A DNA stretch of 64,000 nucleotides from Clostridia bacterium (GTDB taxonomy: Bacteria; Bacillota; Clostridia; UBA1212; UBA1255), in assembly GCA_046952735.1 (NCBI GenBank), contig JBKUJR010000009.1, forward strand, positions 4,747-68,746, read 5' to 3'. The notes under the pieces were generated by a model that was not told the DNA's origin, made no database searches, and saw only the letters and a program-made list of their open reading frames with translations. Below, one piece after another: positions 7,633-15,172 of the stretch (position 1 is the first letter of the stretch; each line of letters opens with the position of its first letter). Position numbers and translations under genes: made by a program.

Positions 7633-8688
7633 ATGAAGAAAAAGATTATGGCTCTTGTACTCGTAGTGGCGTTAGCCGTTTCTGCAATGAGTATATTAGC
7701 CGTGCAGGCAGCAGGACTGGAAGTAACGGTCGAAGGTTCCAATTTAAAGGTTACCGTTTCCGGTGAAACTTCAGAAACCGATTGGGTCGGCATTTATAAA
7801 GATGGCGAGAAATATGGTGAAGGGGAAGGTACGGCTACCTCTCTTCTTTGGTGGTATATTAAGGATACTACCAAGACGGTAAACTGGCCGGCGGATAAAG
7901 CAACGGCAGATGCTACGATCGGAGCAAACGGCGACTCGGCCGGCAACAGAAAAGGGGATATCAATGAAGATTATACCTTAAAGCCGGGTAAATATTATGC
8001 GATCATCCTGGGCGGAGCGGATTCCTACACGCCGGTAGCCGGCTTCGAAAAAGTGGAATTCGAAATCAAAGAAGCAGGTTCTTCGGATAACAATAATACC
8101 GACACCCCTTATACGGAAGAAATAGAATTCCAGTTTTCTGTGGATAAAGTGGACGAAGACATGACGGACGGCGCTTACGGCGGAACGACATTCATGGTAA
8201 TGGGCGACCACACGTTTGCGGATTCGACTTTTATGGACGGTTGGGTTGCCGTGGAAAATGGTATCCAGAAATACCAGTACAGTGTCGACGGCGGCAAAAC
8301 ATGGAAAGATGTGGAGTCATGCAATATAAATAACAGACCGGATCTTGGAACGGCAGGAATGCCTCATGAAAGCGGCCATTCCACCGCAGGCTTCACGATG
8401 ACGATCAACGGTACGAAAGACTGTGAAACGTTATATATCCGTGCGATTTCCAAGGATAACAAAGTGGCGAATTTCTTCGCGATTACGACCGGCGCTGCCG
8501 ACAGCGTGGAAGCTCCTTCCCTCGGAACGGTTGACGGAAACAATAACAATAATAACAATAACAACAACAATAATAACAATAACCAACCGAACACGAATAC
8601 GGGCGACGTTTCTTATCTCGTTGTTGTAATCGCTATGGCGGCTGTTCTTGCAACGGTCGTGCTCAAAAAGAAAAGAGCGGAAGCTTAA
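7633..8688 (+). CDS. Cell-surface protein: signal peptide, one copy of the WxGIY/LLWWYI domain, a second globular domain, poly-Asn linker, C-terminal hydrophobic anchor with basic tail
   Basis: Track ORF 7417..8688 trimmed to MKKKIMALVLVVALAVSAMSILAVQA (RBS TAGGAGG at 7617-7623). DWVGIYKDGEKYGEGEGTATSLLWWYIKD. The C-terminus is NTNTGDVSYLVVVIAMAAVLATVVLKKKRAEA. Confidence 0.8.
   Translation: MKKKIMALVLVVALAVSAMSILAVQAAGLEVTVEGSNLKVTVSGETSETDWVGIYKDGEKYGEGEGTATSLLWWYIKDTTKTVNWPADKATADATIGANGDSAGNRKGDINEDYTLKPGKYYAIILGGADSYTPVAGFEKVEFEIKEAGSSDNNNTDTPYTEEIEFQFSVDKVDEDMTDGAYGGTTFMVMGDHTFADSTFMDGWVAVENGIQKYQYSVDGGKTWKDVESCNINNRPDLGTAGMPHESGHSTAGFTMTINGTKDCETLYIRAISKDNKVANFFAITTGAADSVEAPSLGTVDGNNNNNNNNNNNNNNNQPNTNTGDVSYLVVVIAMAAVLATVVLKKKRAEA
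8539..8583 (+). repeat. Imperfect (AAY)15 trinucleotide tract encoding 15 consecutive Asn
   Basis: My codon-by-codon read is aac aat aac aat aat aac aat aac aac aac aat aat aac aat aac. Confidence 0.9.
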
Positions 8689-8725
8689 TTCTGAAAGAAT
8701 CTTGTAATACGTTCAAATAAAGAAA

Positions 8726-8770
8726 GCTGCTTCGGAACATTTCGCAGAAAGTTCCGGAGCAGTTTTTTTT
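8726..8770 (+). terminator. Intrinsic terminator after the surface-protein gene
   Basis: GCTGCTTCGGAAC-loop-GTTCCGGAGCAG (one mismatch) followed by TTTTTTTT. Confidence 0.75.
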
Positions 8771-8790
8771 GCGGGGAGGGAGCAATCGCA

Positions 8791-10488
8791 ATGGAGGAGC
8801 GGAAGCTGAACGCAGCGCAGCAGGAGGCGGCGATGCATTTTACAGGGCCGGCCCTGACACTGGCGGGACCGGGGAGCGGAAAGACGACGGTTCTGACGGA
8901 ACGGACGCTGAATCTTGTCCGGAGGACACGTACGCCGGAACAGATCCTTTCCGTTACGTTTACGAATGCGGCGGGAGATGAAATGCGAAAGCGATACAGA
9001 AAGGCGTCCGGCGCCTGCATTGAAGAATTGCAAACGGAGGCGGAACCGGTCTTTCAAACGGTGCATAGCTATTGCAACGGCCTGATTCGGGAATATGAAC
9101 GCAACAGCGCGGTCCGCTATGAAAGAATCGATGAAAAAACGGGCGGGAAAATGGAGATTTTACGCAAGCTTTATGCGGAAATCAATGGAGAGGAAGCAGA
9201 TCCGTATCTTCTGAACCGCATTGGAAACAGCAGAAGCGGCTCTCCGGATCCGGAAATCAAAAATTGGAGGAAGATCCGGAAATGTTATGATGCGTATAAA
9301 AGGCAGCGCAGACTGATCGATTTTGACGATATGATCGATCTGGCGTCTGAAATTCTGCATTCGGATTCTTGTGATAAGAAAAGAATCCGCGAACAAAATC
9401 AGGAACGGTTCCGGTTTCTGCAGGTGGACGAAGCGCAGGATCTTACAAAAGAACAGTTCGATATTTTACAGATTATTGCAGCTTCCCGGAATATTTTCGT
9501 AGTAGCGGATGACGATCAGAGTATTTACGGCTTCCGCGGCGCTTCTCCTGTCTGCGTTCGTGTTTTTTATCAGAGCCATCCCGATTGTAAATTGTACCGC
9601 CTTTCCAGAAATTACCGCTCTGCGCACAAGCTCGTACGCGTCTCAGCAGCGTTCATATCCAAAAATTCAGACCGGTTTGATAAAACGTTATATAGTGAAA
9701 AAGAAGAGGAAGGAACGCTGCGGATCAAGGCATGCGGAAACAGCATTTTACAAGCCTCGTTCCTCCGGAAGGAAATTCGGGATCTGCGCCGGAAAGAAGA
9801 CGGCCTTACAGTGGGGATTTTATATCGTAATAACATTTCCGGCCTGCTGCCGCGCGCGCTTTTTACAAAAGAAAACATGCCGTATACGTTGATGGGAGAG
9901 AAAACTGAAATCGACAGTCTTCCGTTCCTCGACGGTATTTTATCCGCAATCAGGATGCGGGAACGTGAAAGCAGGTGGATTCTGCCGCCGCCTGCGGAAA
10001 CGCTCCGGCGCCTCTTGGAAGAAGGTCTTGAACATCGATTTGAATCGTATTGCAGAGATACGAGGCAGCACATGCGTTATAAAGACGCTGTTTTATCGTT
10101 TGTGTTTTATTTATGCGACGTCTGCGGTTCCTGGAAGGAGGCCGTCCGCTTGCTGGACCGGCTCGATGCGGCTGCAAACAATACGAACGAAGGCAGCATA
10201 TGTTTTACGACGGTGCATTCGGCAAAAGGGCTGGAGTATGATGCCGTATTTATTATTGACGCCATCCTGGGGGAGTTCCCCGGCTGCGGCGCTGCTGAGG
10301 GGAAACTGCTGGAAGAAGAACGGCGCCTTTTTTATGTTGCGATGACGCGTGCGCGAAAGTACCTTTATATCACATATCCTTTGCGCAGAGGCAATTTATA
10401 TGCGGACAGGCGCCCGGAGAAAGAGAGTATTTTTCTATCGGAAATAAAAGCCTGTATGCAGGCCGCGGCGGAGGAAGCGCTTACTTGA
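8791..10488 (+). CDS. UvrD/PcrA/Rep-family ATP-dependent DNA helicase (compact, 565 aa)
   Basis: All helicase motifs are visible: GPGSGKTT, TFTNAA, VDEAQD, VVADDDQSIYGFRGA, LSRNYRS, TVHSAKGLEYDAVFI and LFYVAMTRARKYLYI. RBS GGGGAGGGAG. Confidence 0.85.
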   Translation: MEERKLNAAQQEAAMHFTGPALTLAGPGSGKTTVLTERTLNLVRRTRTPEQILSVTFTNAAGDEMRKRYRKASGACIEELQTEAEPVFQTVHSYCNGLIREYERNSAVRYERIDEKTGGKMEILRKLYAEINGEEADPYLLNRIGNSRSGSPDPEIKNWRKIRKCYDAYKRQRRLIDFDDMIDLASEILHSDSCDKKRIREQNQERFRFLQVDEAQDLTKEQFDILQIIAASRNIFVVADDDQSIYGFRGASPVCVRVFYQSHPDCKLYRLSRNYRSAHKLVRVSAAFISKNSDRFDKTLYSEKEEEGTLRIKACGNSILQASFLRKEIRDLRRKEDGLTVGILYRNNISGLLPRALFTKENMPYTLMGEKTEIDSLPFLDGILSAIRMRERESRWILPPPAETLRRLLEEGLEHRFESYCRDTRQHMRYKDAVLSFVFYLCDVCGSWKEAVRLLDRLDAAANNTNEGSICFTTVHSAKGLEYDAVFIIDAILGEFPGCGAAEGKLLEEERRLFYVAMTRARKYLYITYPLRRGNLYADRRPEKESIFLSEIKACMQAAAEEALT

Positions 10489-10563
10489 CGAAAAGCGGCG
10501 TTCGGGTTATAGTATTACAGAATTTAAAATACGAATTTTGCAGAATACAAAGGATTGGATCGA

Positions 10564-12021
10564 ATGAAGTTCAGAATCGACTATACCAAAAAAGGCAGCG
10601 AAGAAGTGATCGACAAGCTTTCGGCATATGTGGAAAAATGGAGGCTCCGGAAAATGCAGGCGTCCCGCAATCATGCCGCTGCTTCGCAGGAAATGAGAAG
10701 GAGAAAAACGCATCGGGTTTTGACGGAAAAAGCCGCCGGTGAGACGCCGGCTGCCGGCAGGCGCAATCCTGTATCCGCAAACGGGCAAAGCGACGCATAT
10801 CGCGGCAGAAACACGAACCGGGCGATACCGGGCGGAGGCCGGCAGACACAGAACAACCGCCGGAATCCCGCGGCTGCGGCGCCGCAGCAATCGCGGCAGA
10901 GCCGTACGAACGCTTCCAGGCCTCCGAAAGCGGTCTTGCAAAAAGAGCGGATTTCAACAAAAAAGATTTTTTCCCGGCTTGGAATTTCGCTGCTCACGTT
11001 TCTGCTTGCCGTCGTTCTGCTTGCGATTTGCGCGGATCTCGTTGTCCTTCACGGGCCGTCTAAAGCTGCGAGGGACCGGTTTGTACTTACCGTAACGGAA
11101 ACGAGCGCAGGCAAATTTCTGGCCACCTGGTTTTTATCCGATACGACAGTGAAAAATATTATAGAAGGAAACGCCGTTATCGACAGCGGCACGCAAACGG
11201 ATACCACATTGATCAAGCTCCCGGGGGAAACCAGCAATGACCCTGAAAATCCCGGCGGGAAAACGGATATAAACAGCGTACAGCTGATCGATATCGAGGG
11301 CAAAACATATAAAGGGAAATTATTGATCGTGCAAAATCCGAAACGCGTGTTTATCGGAACGCCTGCATCTTATGGCAGCGACAAAGAAGGCGTTTCAACG
11401 ATCGATATGGTGCGGAATGCGAATGCGCTCTACGGCATAAACGGAGGCGGATTTTACGATACCGGCAAGGGAAACGGCGGAATTCCGACGGGACGTGAAA
11501 ATTCGGATGGCATCGTTATTTCAAAAGGAAATCTGATGTGGGGAGAGCGCAGCCGGGAATATGAAATCATCGGCATCAATAAAAAGGGAATCCTGGTCCT
11601 CGGAAAGATGACGGGCCAGCAGGCGCTGGACAACGGCATCGTAGAAGCGCTCAATTTTGGGCCGTATCTCGTAATGAACGGCGAAGCCTGCGAGGTGGGC
11701 GGTTTTACGGAGGCAGGGCTTAATCCGCGGACTGCGATCGGACAGCGTGCCGACGGCGCAATGCTCCTTCTGACGATCGACGGAAGACAGCCGTCCAGTA
11801 TGGGGGCTTCTTATGAAGACCTGATCGAAATCATGATGAACTATGGCGCGGTGAATGCCGCAAATCTGGACGGGGGCTCCTCGACTTATATGGCGCAGAA
11901 TGCGGAATCCGGCAACGATCCGCAGATTATTACGCAGTGCGCTTCTTTGTATGGCCCCAGAAAAATGGCAACGTCTATTTTAGTTGCAAGGACCGATCAA
12001 AGCAACAGCCAGTACGAATGA
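10564..12021 (+). CDS. Phosphodiester glycosidase (NAGPA/DUF2233) family protein with an Arg/Pro/Ala-rich N-terminal tail and one TM helix
   Basis: YGINGGGFYD...NFGPYLV...RTAIGQRADG...NLDGGSSTYM are typical of the family. TM helix LGISLLTFLLAVVLLAICADLVVL. I prefer the ATG at 10564 (RBS AAAGGA, 9-nt spacer) over the track TTG at 10555. Confidence 0.7.
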   Translation: MKFRIDYTKKGSEEVIDKLSAYVEKWRLRKMQASRNHAAASQEMRRRKTHRVLTEKAAGETPAAGRRNPVSANGQSDAYRGRNTNRAIPGGGRQTQNNRRNPAAAAPQQSRQSRTNASRPPKAVLQKERISTKKIFSRLGISLLTFLLAVVLLAICADLVVLHGPSKAARDRFVLTVTETSAGKFLATWFLSDTTVKNIIEGNAVIDSGTQTDTTLIKLPGETSNDPENPGGKTDINSVQLIDIEGKTYKGKLLIVQNPKRVFIGTPASYGSDKEGVSTIDMVRNANALYGINGGGFYDTGKGNGGIPTGRENSDGIVISKGNLMWGERSREYEIIGINKKGILVLGKMTGQQALDNGIVEALNFGPYLVMNGEACEVGGFTEAGLNPRTAIGQRADGAMLLLTIDGRQPSSMGASYEDLIEIMMNYGAVNAANLDGGSSTYMAQNAESGNDPQIITQCASLYGPRKMATSILVARTDQSNSQYE

Positions 12022-12039
12022 TGCAAAAGGGGAAGAACA

Positions 12040-13680
12040 ATGGGTAAAATCAAAACATTGATGTTAAAATCCAAATTCTGGAAAATATATTTTTATGCGA
12101 TCGGTGTATTCCTCTGCCTTCTCGTCGTCGGGCTGATCCTGTTTTCCATATGGCTTTCGGATTATGAAAGCAGTCAGAATACCATAGAAGTGGACAAAGT
12201 CCTCGCGATGTTCGAGCAGAAGCAATACGCGGATATCATCGCGAAAACGGACGTGGTGATGACCGGATTCGCGGAGAAGGAACCATACGAGGCAAAACTG
12301 CGGGAAGCGGTAGAGGGCAAGCACATTACGTATGTCAAAGCGTTTTCCTACGACCGCTTCGCAAGCCCTTCGTACATTATCAAAGCAGATGAGGAAGATT
12401 TATGCAAAGTGACATTGAAAAAATCCTCCAAAACGAGCAAATTCGGATTTAGTCTGTACGAATTCGACTACATCTCCGAATTTTCCTTTGCGGACATCAA
12501 CGTGGTCTTTTTAGCGCCGGAGGGCGCTGCGCCGTATATCGACGGAAAAGCTGTCGGGGATGTTTTCAAAAAGACGCTTGCAAAAGATCAGCCTGCAAAA
12601 TCTCAATATACGCTTACCGCAGAGAAGCTGGTCATCAACCGATACGAGATTTGCGGTCTTCTCGCCAAACCGGAAAGCGTGGAGGTCAGGAGCCGGGAAG
12701 GAGCGCCGCTTGCGCTGCAAAGCAACAGCAGCAATGAAATCGTCGCGGCGCCTCTGGATATCACCATTCATGCGCCAGCCGGCTTTTCCGTTTCCGTAAA
12801 CGGCGTCAAATTAAGCGAGAAATACATGACCGACCAGTCAAAAGAGAACCAATCTATCAAATATATGTTGAACGAAGCGGATAAAAACGCGCTGAGCCTT
12901 TTTAATACGTATAAAGTAGAGCAGCTGACGGCAAAGCCCGAGGTGAAGGTGCAGGATGCGTCCGGAAAGGATATAGAGTGTACTTATAATTCCGAAACGA
13001 AAACATTCGATGTGGGCTTCAAGCTGTTCACATTGAAGCTTCCGTCCAATTATAAAGCGACGGTGAACGGTACGGAAATCACGTCTTCCGACAACTGGAT
13101 TGCGGAGAAGAACCAAGAGCTCACGGAATTGAAAAACATTCCGGAAAATTATTTTACGAGACCGTATCTGAATACATATAAAGTTGCCGTCCTTTCCGGG
13201 GATCTGACCGTAGAGGCGAAAAATTACAGCGGAGAACAGGTGGCGCTCGATTATGACGAAAGCAATATGACGTATACCGGAAATTTTGCGGTTCCCGCGG
13301 CCGCCAAAGAGGCGTACGCACAGATCGCAATCGACGGCGCAAAAGCGTATGCGGGCTTCATGTCGAACGATATTTCCATGAGCGCCTTTTTATCCCGGAT
13401 CATAAACGGGACGCAGATGTACAAAGATATGAGCGAATACCGGCAGTATTGGTATACAGATCACGATTCCACGTCTTTTGAAAATATAGAAGCATACGAT
13501 CTGCGGGTATATGGAGAAAACTGTTTTTCGTGTGCGGTCTACTTCGATTACTGGATCTATGGGCAGCGGGGAAAGCCTGATTTTCAAACGAAGCTGGAAA
13601 CGAATACGCGGATCTGGTATGTCAATACGGGCGGAAAATGGTATATGGCGGATATCGAAATTTTTGAACGCAAGCCGTAA
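12040..13680 (+). CDS. Membrane-anchored protein of unknown function (single N-terminal TM helix, large extracytoplasmic part)
   Basis: 546-aa ORF with RBS AAAGGGGAAG, 18 nt after the previous gene. TM helix FWKIYFYAIGVFLCLLVVGLILFSIWL. I recognise no family motif. Confidence 0.6.
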   Translation: MGKIKTLMLKSKFWKIYFYAIGVFLCLLVVGLILFSIWLSDYESSQNTIEVDKVLAMFEQKQYADIIAKTDVVMTGFAEKEPYEAKLREAVEGKHITYVKAFSYDRFASPSYIIKADEEDLCKVTLKKSSKTSKFGFSLYEFDYISEFSFADINVVFLAPEGAAPYIDGKAVGDVFKKTLAKDQPAKSQYTLTAEKLVINRYEICGLLAKPESVEVRSREGAPLALQSNSSNEIVAAPLDITIHAPAGFSVSVNGVKLSEKYMTDQSKENQSIKYMLNEADKNALSLFNTYKVEQLTAKPEVKVQDASGKDIECTYNSETKTFDVGFKLFTLKLPSNYKATVNGTEITSSDNWIAEKNQELTELKNIPENYFTRPYLNTYKVAVLSGDLTVEAKNYSGEQVALDYDESNMTYTGNFAVPAAAKEAYAQIAIDGAKAYAGFMSNDISMSAFLSRIINGTQMYKDMSEYRQYWYTDHDSTSFENIEAYDLRVYGENCFSCAVYFDYWIYGQRGKPDFQTKLETNTRIWYVNTGGKWYMADIEIFERKP

Positions 13681-13681
13681 G

Positions 13682-14104
13682 CTATCCGCGTATGGCTGAG
13701 AAATATTCCTTGAGGAGCGACGCGCAGTCGCTCTTTTTAATGCCGCCGAACACTTTTACCTGCGGATATAAGAGATTATATACCGTGCCGGCGGCGCCTT
13801 CGCGCAAGTTATAAGCGCCGAAATACAATTCGCGGATCTGTGCGGCGCGCAGCGCGCCTGCGCACATGGGGCAGGGCTCCAGCGTCACAAACAGTTTACA
13901 GCCTGTAAGATACCGGCTTCCGGTTGCGGCCGCGGCGGCATTCAGCGCGTTCAGCTCCGCATGTCCGGTGATGCGATCCTGCGTTTCTCTCGTATTGATG
14001 CCGTATGCGATGATTTGACGATCGCGCACGATCACACAGCCTACGGGAACGTCGCGCGGATTCTTTTCCAACGAAAAACGGGCATACTCCAGCGCTTTGC
14101 CCAT
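13682..14104 (-). CDS. tadA: tRNA adenosine(34) deaminase
   Basis: HAELNAL and PCPMCAGAL zinc-binding CDA motifs. Start taken at MGKALEYA. A GTG at 14125 is an alternative. The track ORF to 14233 is over-extended. Confidence 0.85.
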   Translation of the reverse strand: MGKALEYARFSLEKNPRDVPVGCVIVRDRQIIAYGINTRETQDRITGHAELNALNAAAAATGSRYLTGCKLFVTLEPCPMCAGALRAAQIRELYFGAYNLREGAAGTVYNLLYPQVKVFGGIKKSDCASLLKEYFSAIRG

Positions 14105-14276
14105 AAAGAACCATATATCTGACACAGTTTGTTTACACACCTCTATTACAATAGGATAAGACAAAAGCCGGGCGGAGCGGAAATAATATTTGCTCTTGTC
14201 CGCATGTTGTATTATAATCAGGCAGTATCGCATTGTGCAACATATATTTTATTTTGAAGAAACGACAGGTGCTTTC

Positions 14277-14927
14277 ATGATAACAATGGAACCAAAACAA
14301 CAAGGGGAGCGGTATACATTCGAAGAACTTTATCATATCATAGAGCTTTTGCGCACCCCGGAAGGCTGTCCCTGGGACCGTGCGCAGACCCATCAGACGC
14401 TTGTCAAGCCGATGATCGAGGAAGCGTATGAAGTGGTCGACGCCATCAACAAAAAGAGTTCTGAAAAGCTTTGCGAAGAATTGGGAGACGTGCTGCTCCA
14501 GGTTATTTTCCATACGATTCTGGCCGGAGAGGAAGGCAGCTTTACGTTTGAAGACGTCACGGACCGCTGCGCGCGGAAAATGCTCTTCCGGCATTCCCAT
14601 GTATTTGGAAACGCCGCGGCGGATACGGCCGGAGAAGCGCTTGCGAATTGGGAAAGCCGGAAATTCCAGGAAAAAGGCTTCTCGTCTCTGCGGCAGGATC
14701 TGGAAGATATCCCGGACGTTCTGCCCGCATTGATGCGGGCGCAGAAAGCCGCGAAAAAGATCCGCAAAGCAGGACCGGCACTGCAAGATGCGGAAGAGAC
14801 GGTCTCGGAACAGGAAATCGGGAAGATGCTGTATCAAATCTGCAAGAAAGCGGATATTTCCGGCGTAGACGCCGAAATTGCGCTGAATCATTATCTCGAA
14901 GGGGTTATCAAAAATGAGAATCGATAA
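14277..14927 (+). CDS. mazG: MazG-family nucleoside triphosphate pyrophosphohydrolase
   Basis: Trimmed to MITMEPKQQGERYTFEELYHIIELLRTPEGCPWDRAQTHQTL..EEAYEVVDAI (EExxE motif). Followed by yabO, as in the Bacillus yabN-yabO arrangement. Confidence 0.8.
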   Translation: MITMEPKQQGERYTFEELYHIIELLRTPEGCPWDRAQTHQTLVKPMIEEAYEVVDAINKKSSEKLCEELGDVLLQVIFHTILAGEEGSFTFEDVTDRCARKMLFRHSHVFGNAAADTAGEALANWESRKFQEKGFSSLRQDLEDIPDVLPALMRAQKAAKKIRKAGPALQDAEETVSEQEIGKMLYQICKKADISGVDAEIALNHYLEGVIKNENR

Positions 14928-15159
14928 ATTTTTAAAAGTTTCCCGCGTCATCAAACGGCGTACCGTAGCAAACGAAGCTTGCGACGGCGGGCGCGTCGCC
15001 ATTAACGGCAGGCCGGCGAAAGCCGGCGCCGATGTAAAGCCGGGCGACGTGGTAGAGGTCTCTTTTGCAGGCAATAAAATGAAATTTGAAGTTCTGAGCG
15101 TCGCGGAAACGGTCCGGAAAGACGATGCAAAGGATATGTATAGAATTATAACGGATTGA
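14914..15159 (+). CDS. rqcP: S4-domain RNA-binding protein (YabO/RqcP, Hsp15-like)
   Basis: 81 aa. MRIDKFLKVSRVIKRRTVANEACDGGRVAINGRPAKAGADVKPGDVV is a typical S4 fold signature. It overlaps the mazG end by 14 nt. Confidence 0.8.
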   Translation: MRIDKFLKVSRVIKRRTVANEACDGGRVAINGRPAKAGADVKPGDVVEVSFAGNKMKFEVLSVAETVRKDDAKDMYRIITD

Positions 15160-15172
15160 TACGGAGGAATCT

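Noticed and set aside
8539-8583. Repeat tract as a CRISPR array or a phase-variation switch
   Set aside because: It is an in-frame Asn codon run inside a gene with no spacer/repeat organisation. Trinucleotide units cannot cause frameshift switching.
8791-10488. UvrD-like helicase as part of a defence system (for example Gabija GajB)
   Set aside because: There is no adjacent ATPase/TOPRIM nuclease (GajA-like) or other defence partner. The gene is isolated by a terminator upstream and followed by cell-envelope genes. It is most simply a housekeeping or accessory UvrD/Rep-family helicase.
10571-10997. Several overlapping ORFs in both strands around 10.6-11.0 kb
   Set aside because: This is a GC-rich low-complexity segment encoding the Arg/Pro/Ala-rich tail of the phosphodiester glycosidase. 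Only the frame continuous with the catalytic domain is credible.
14133-15074. 313-aa minus-strand ORF covering mazG and yabO
   Set aside because: It is antisense to two recognisable genes, has no RBS, and overlaps the tadA promoter region.
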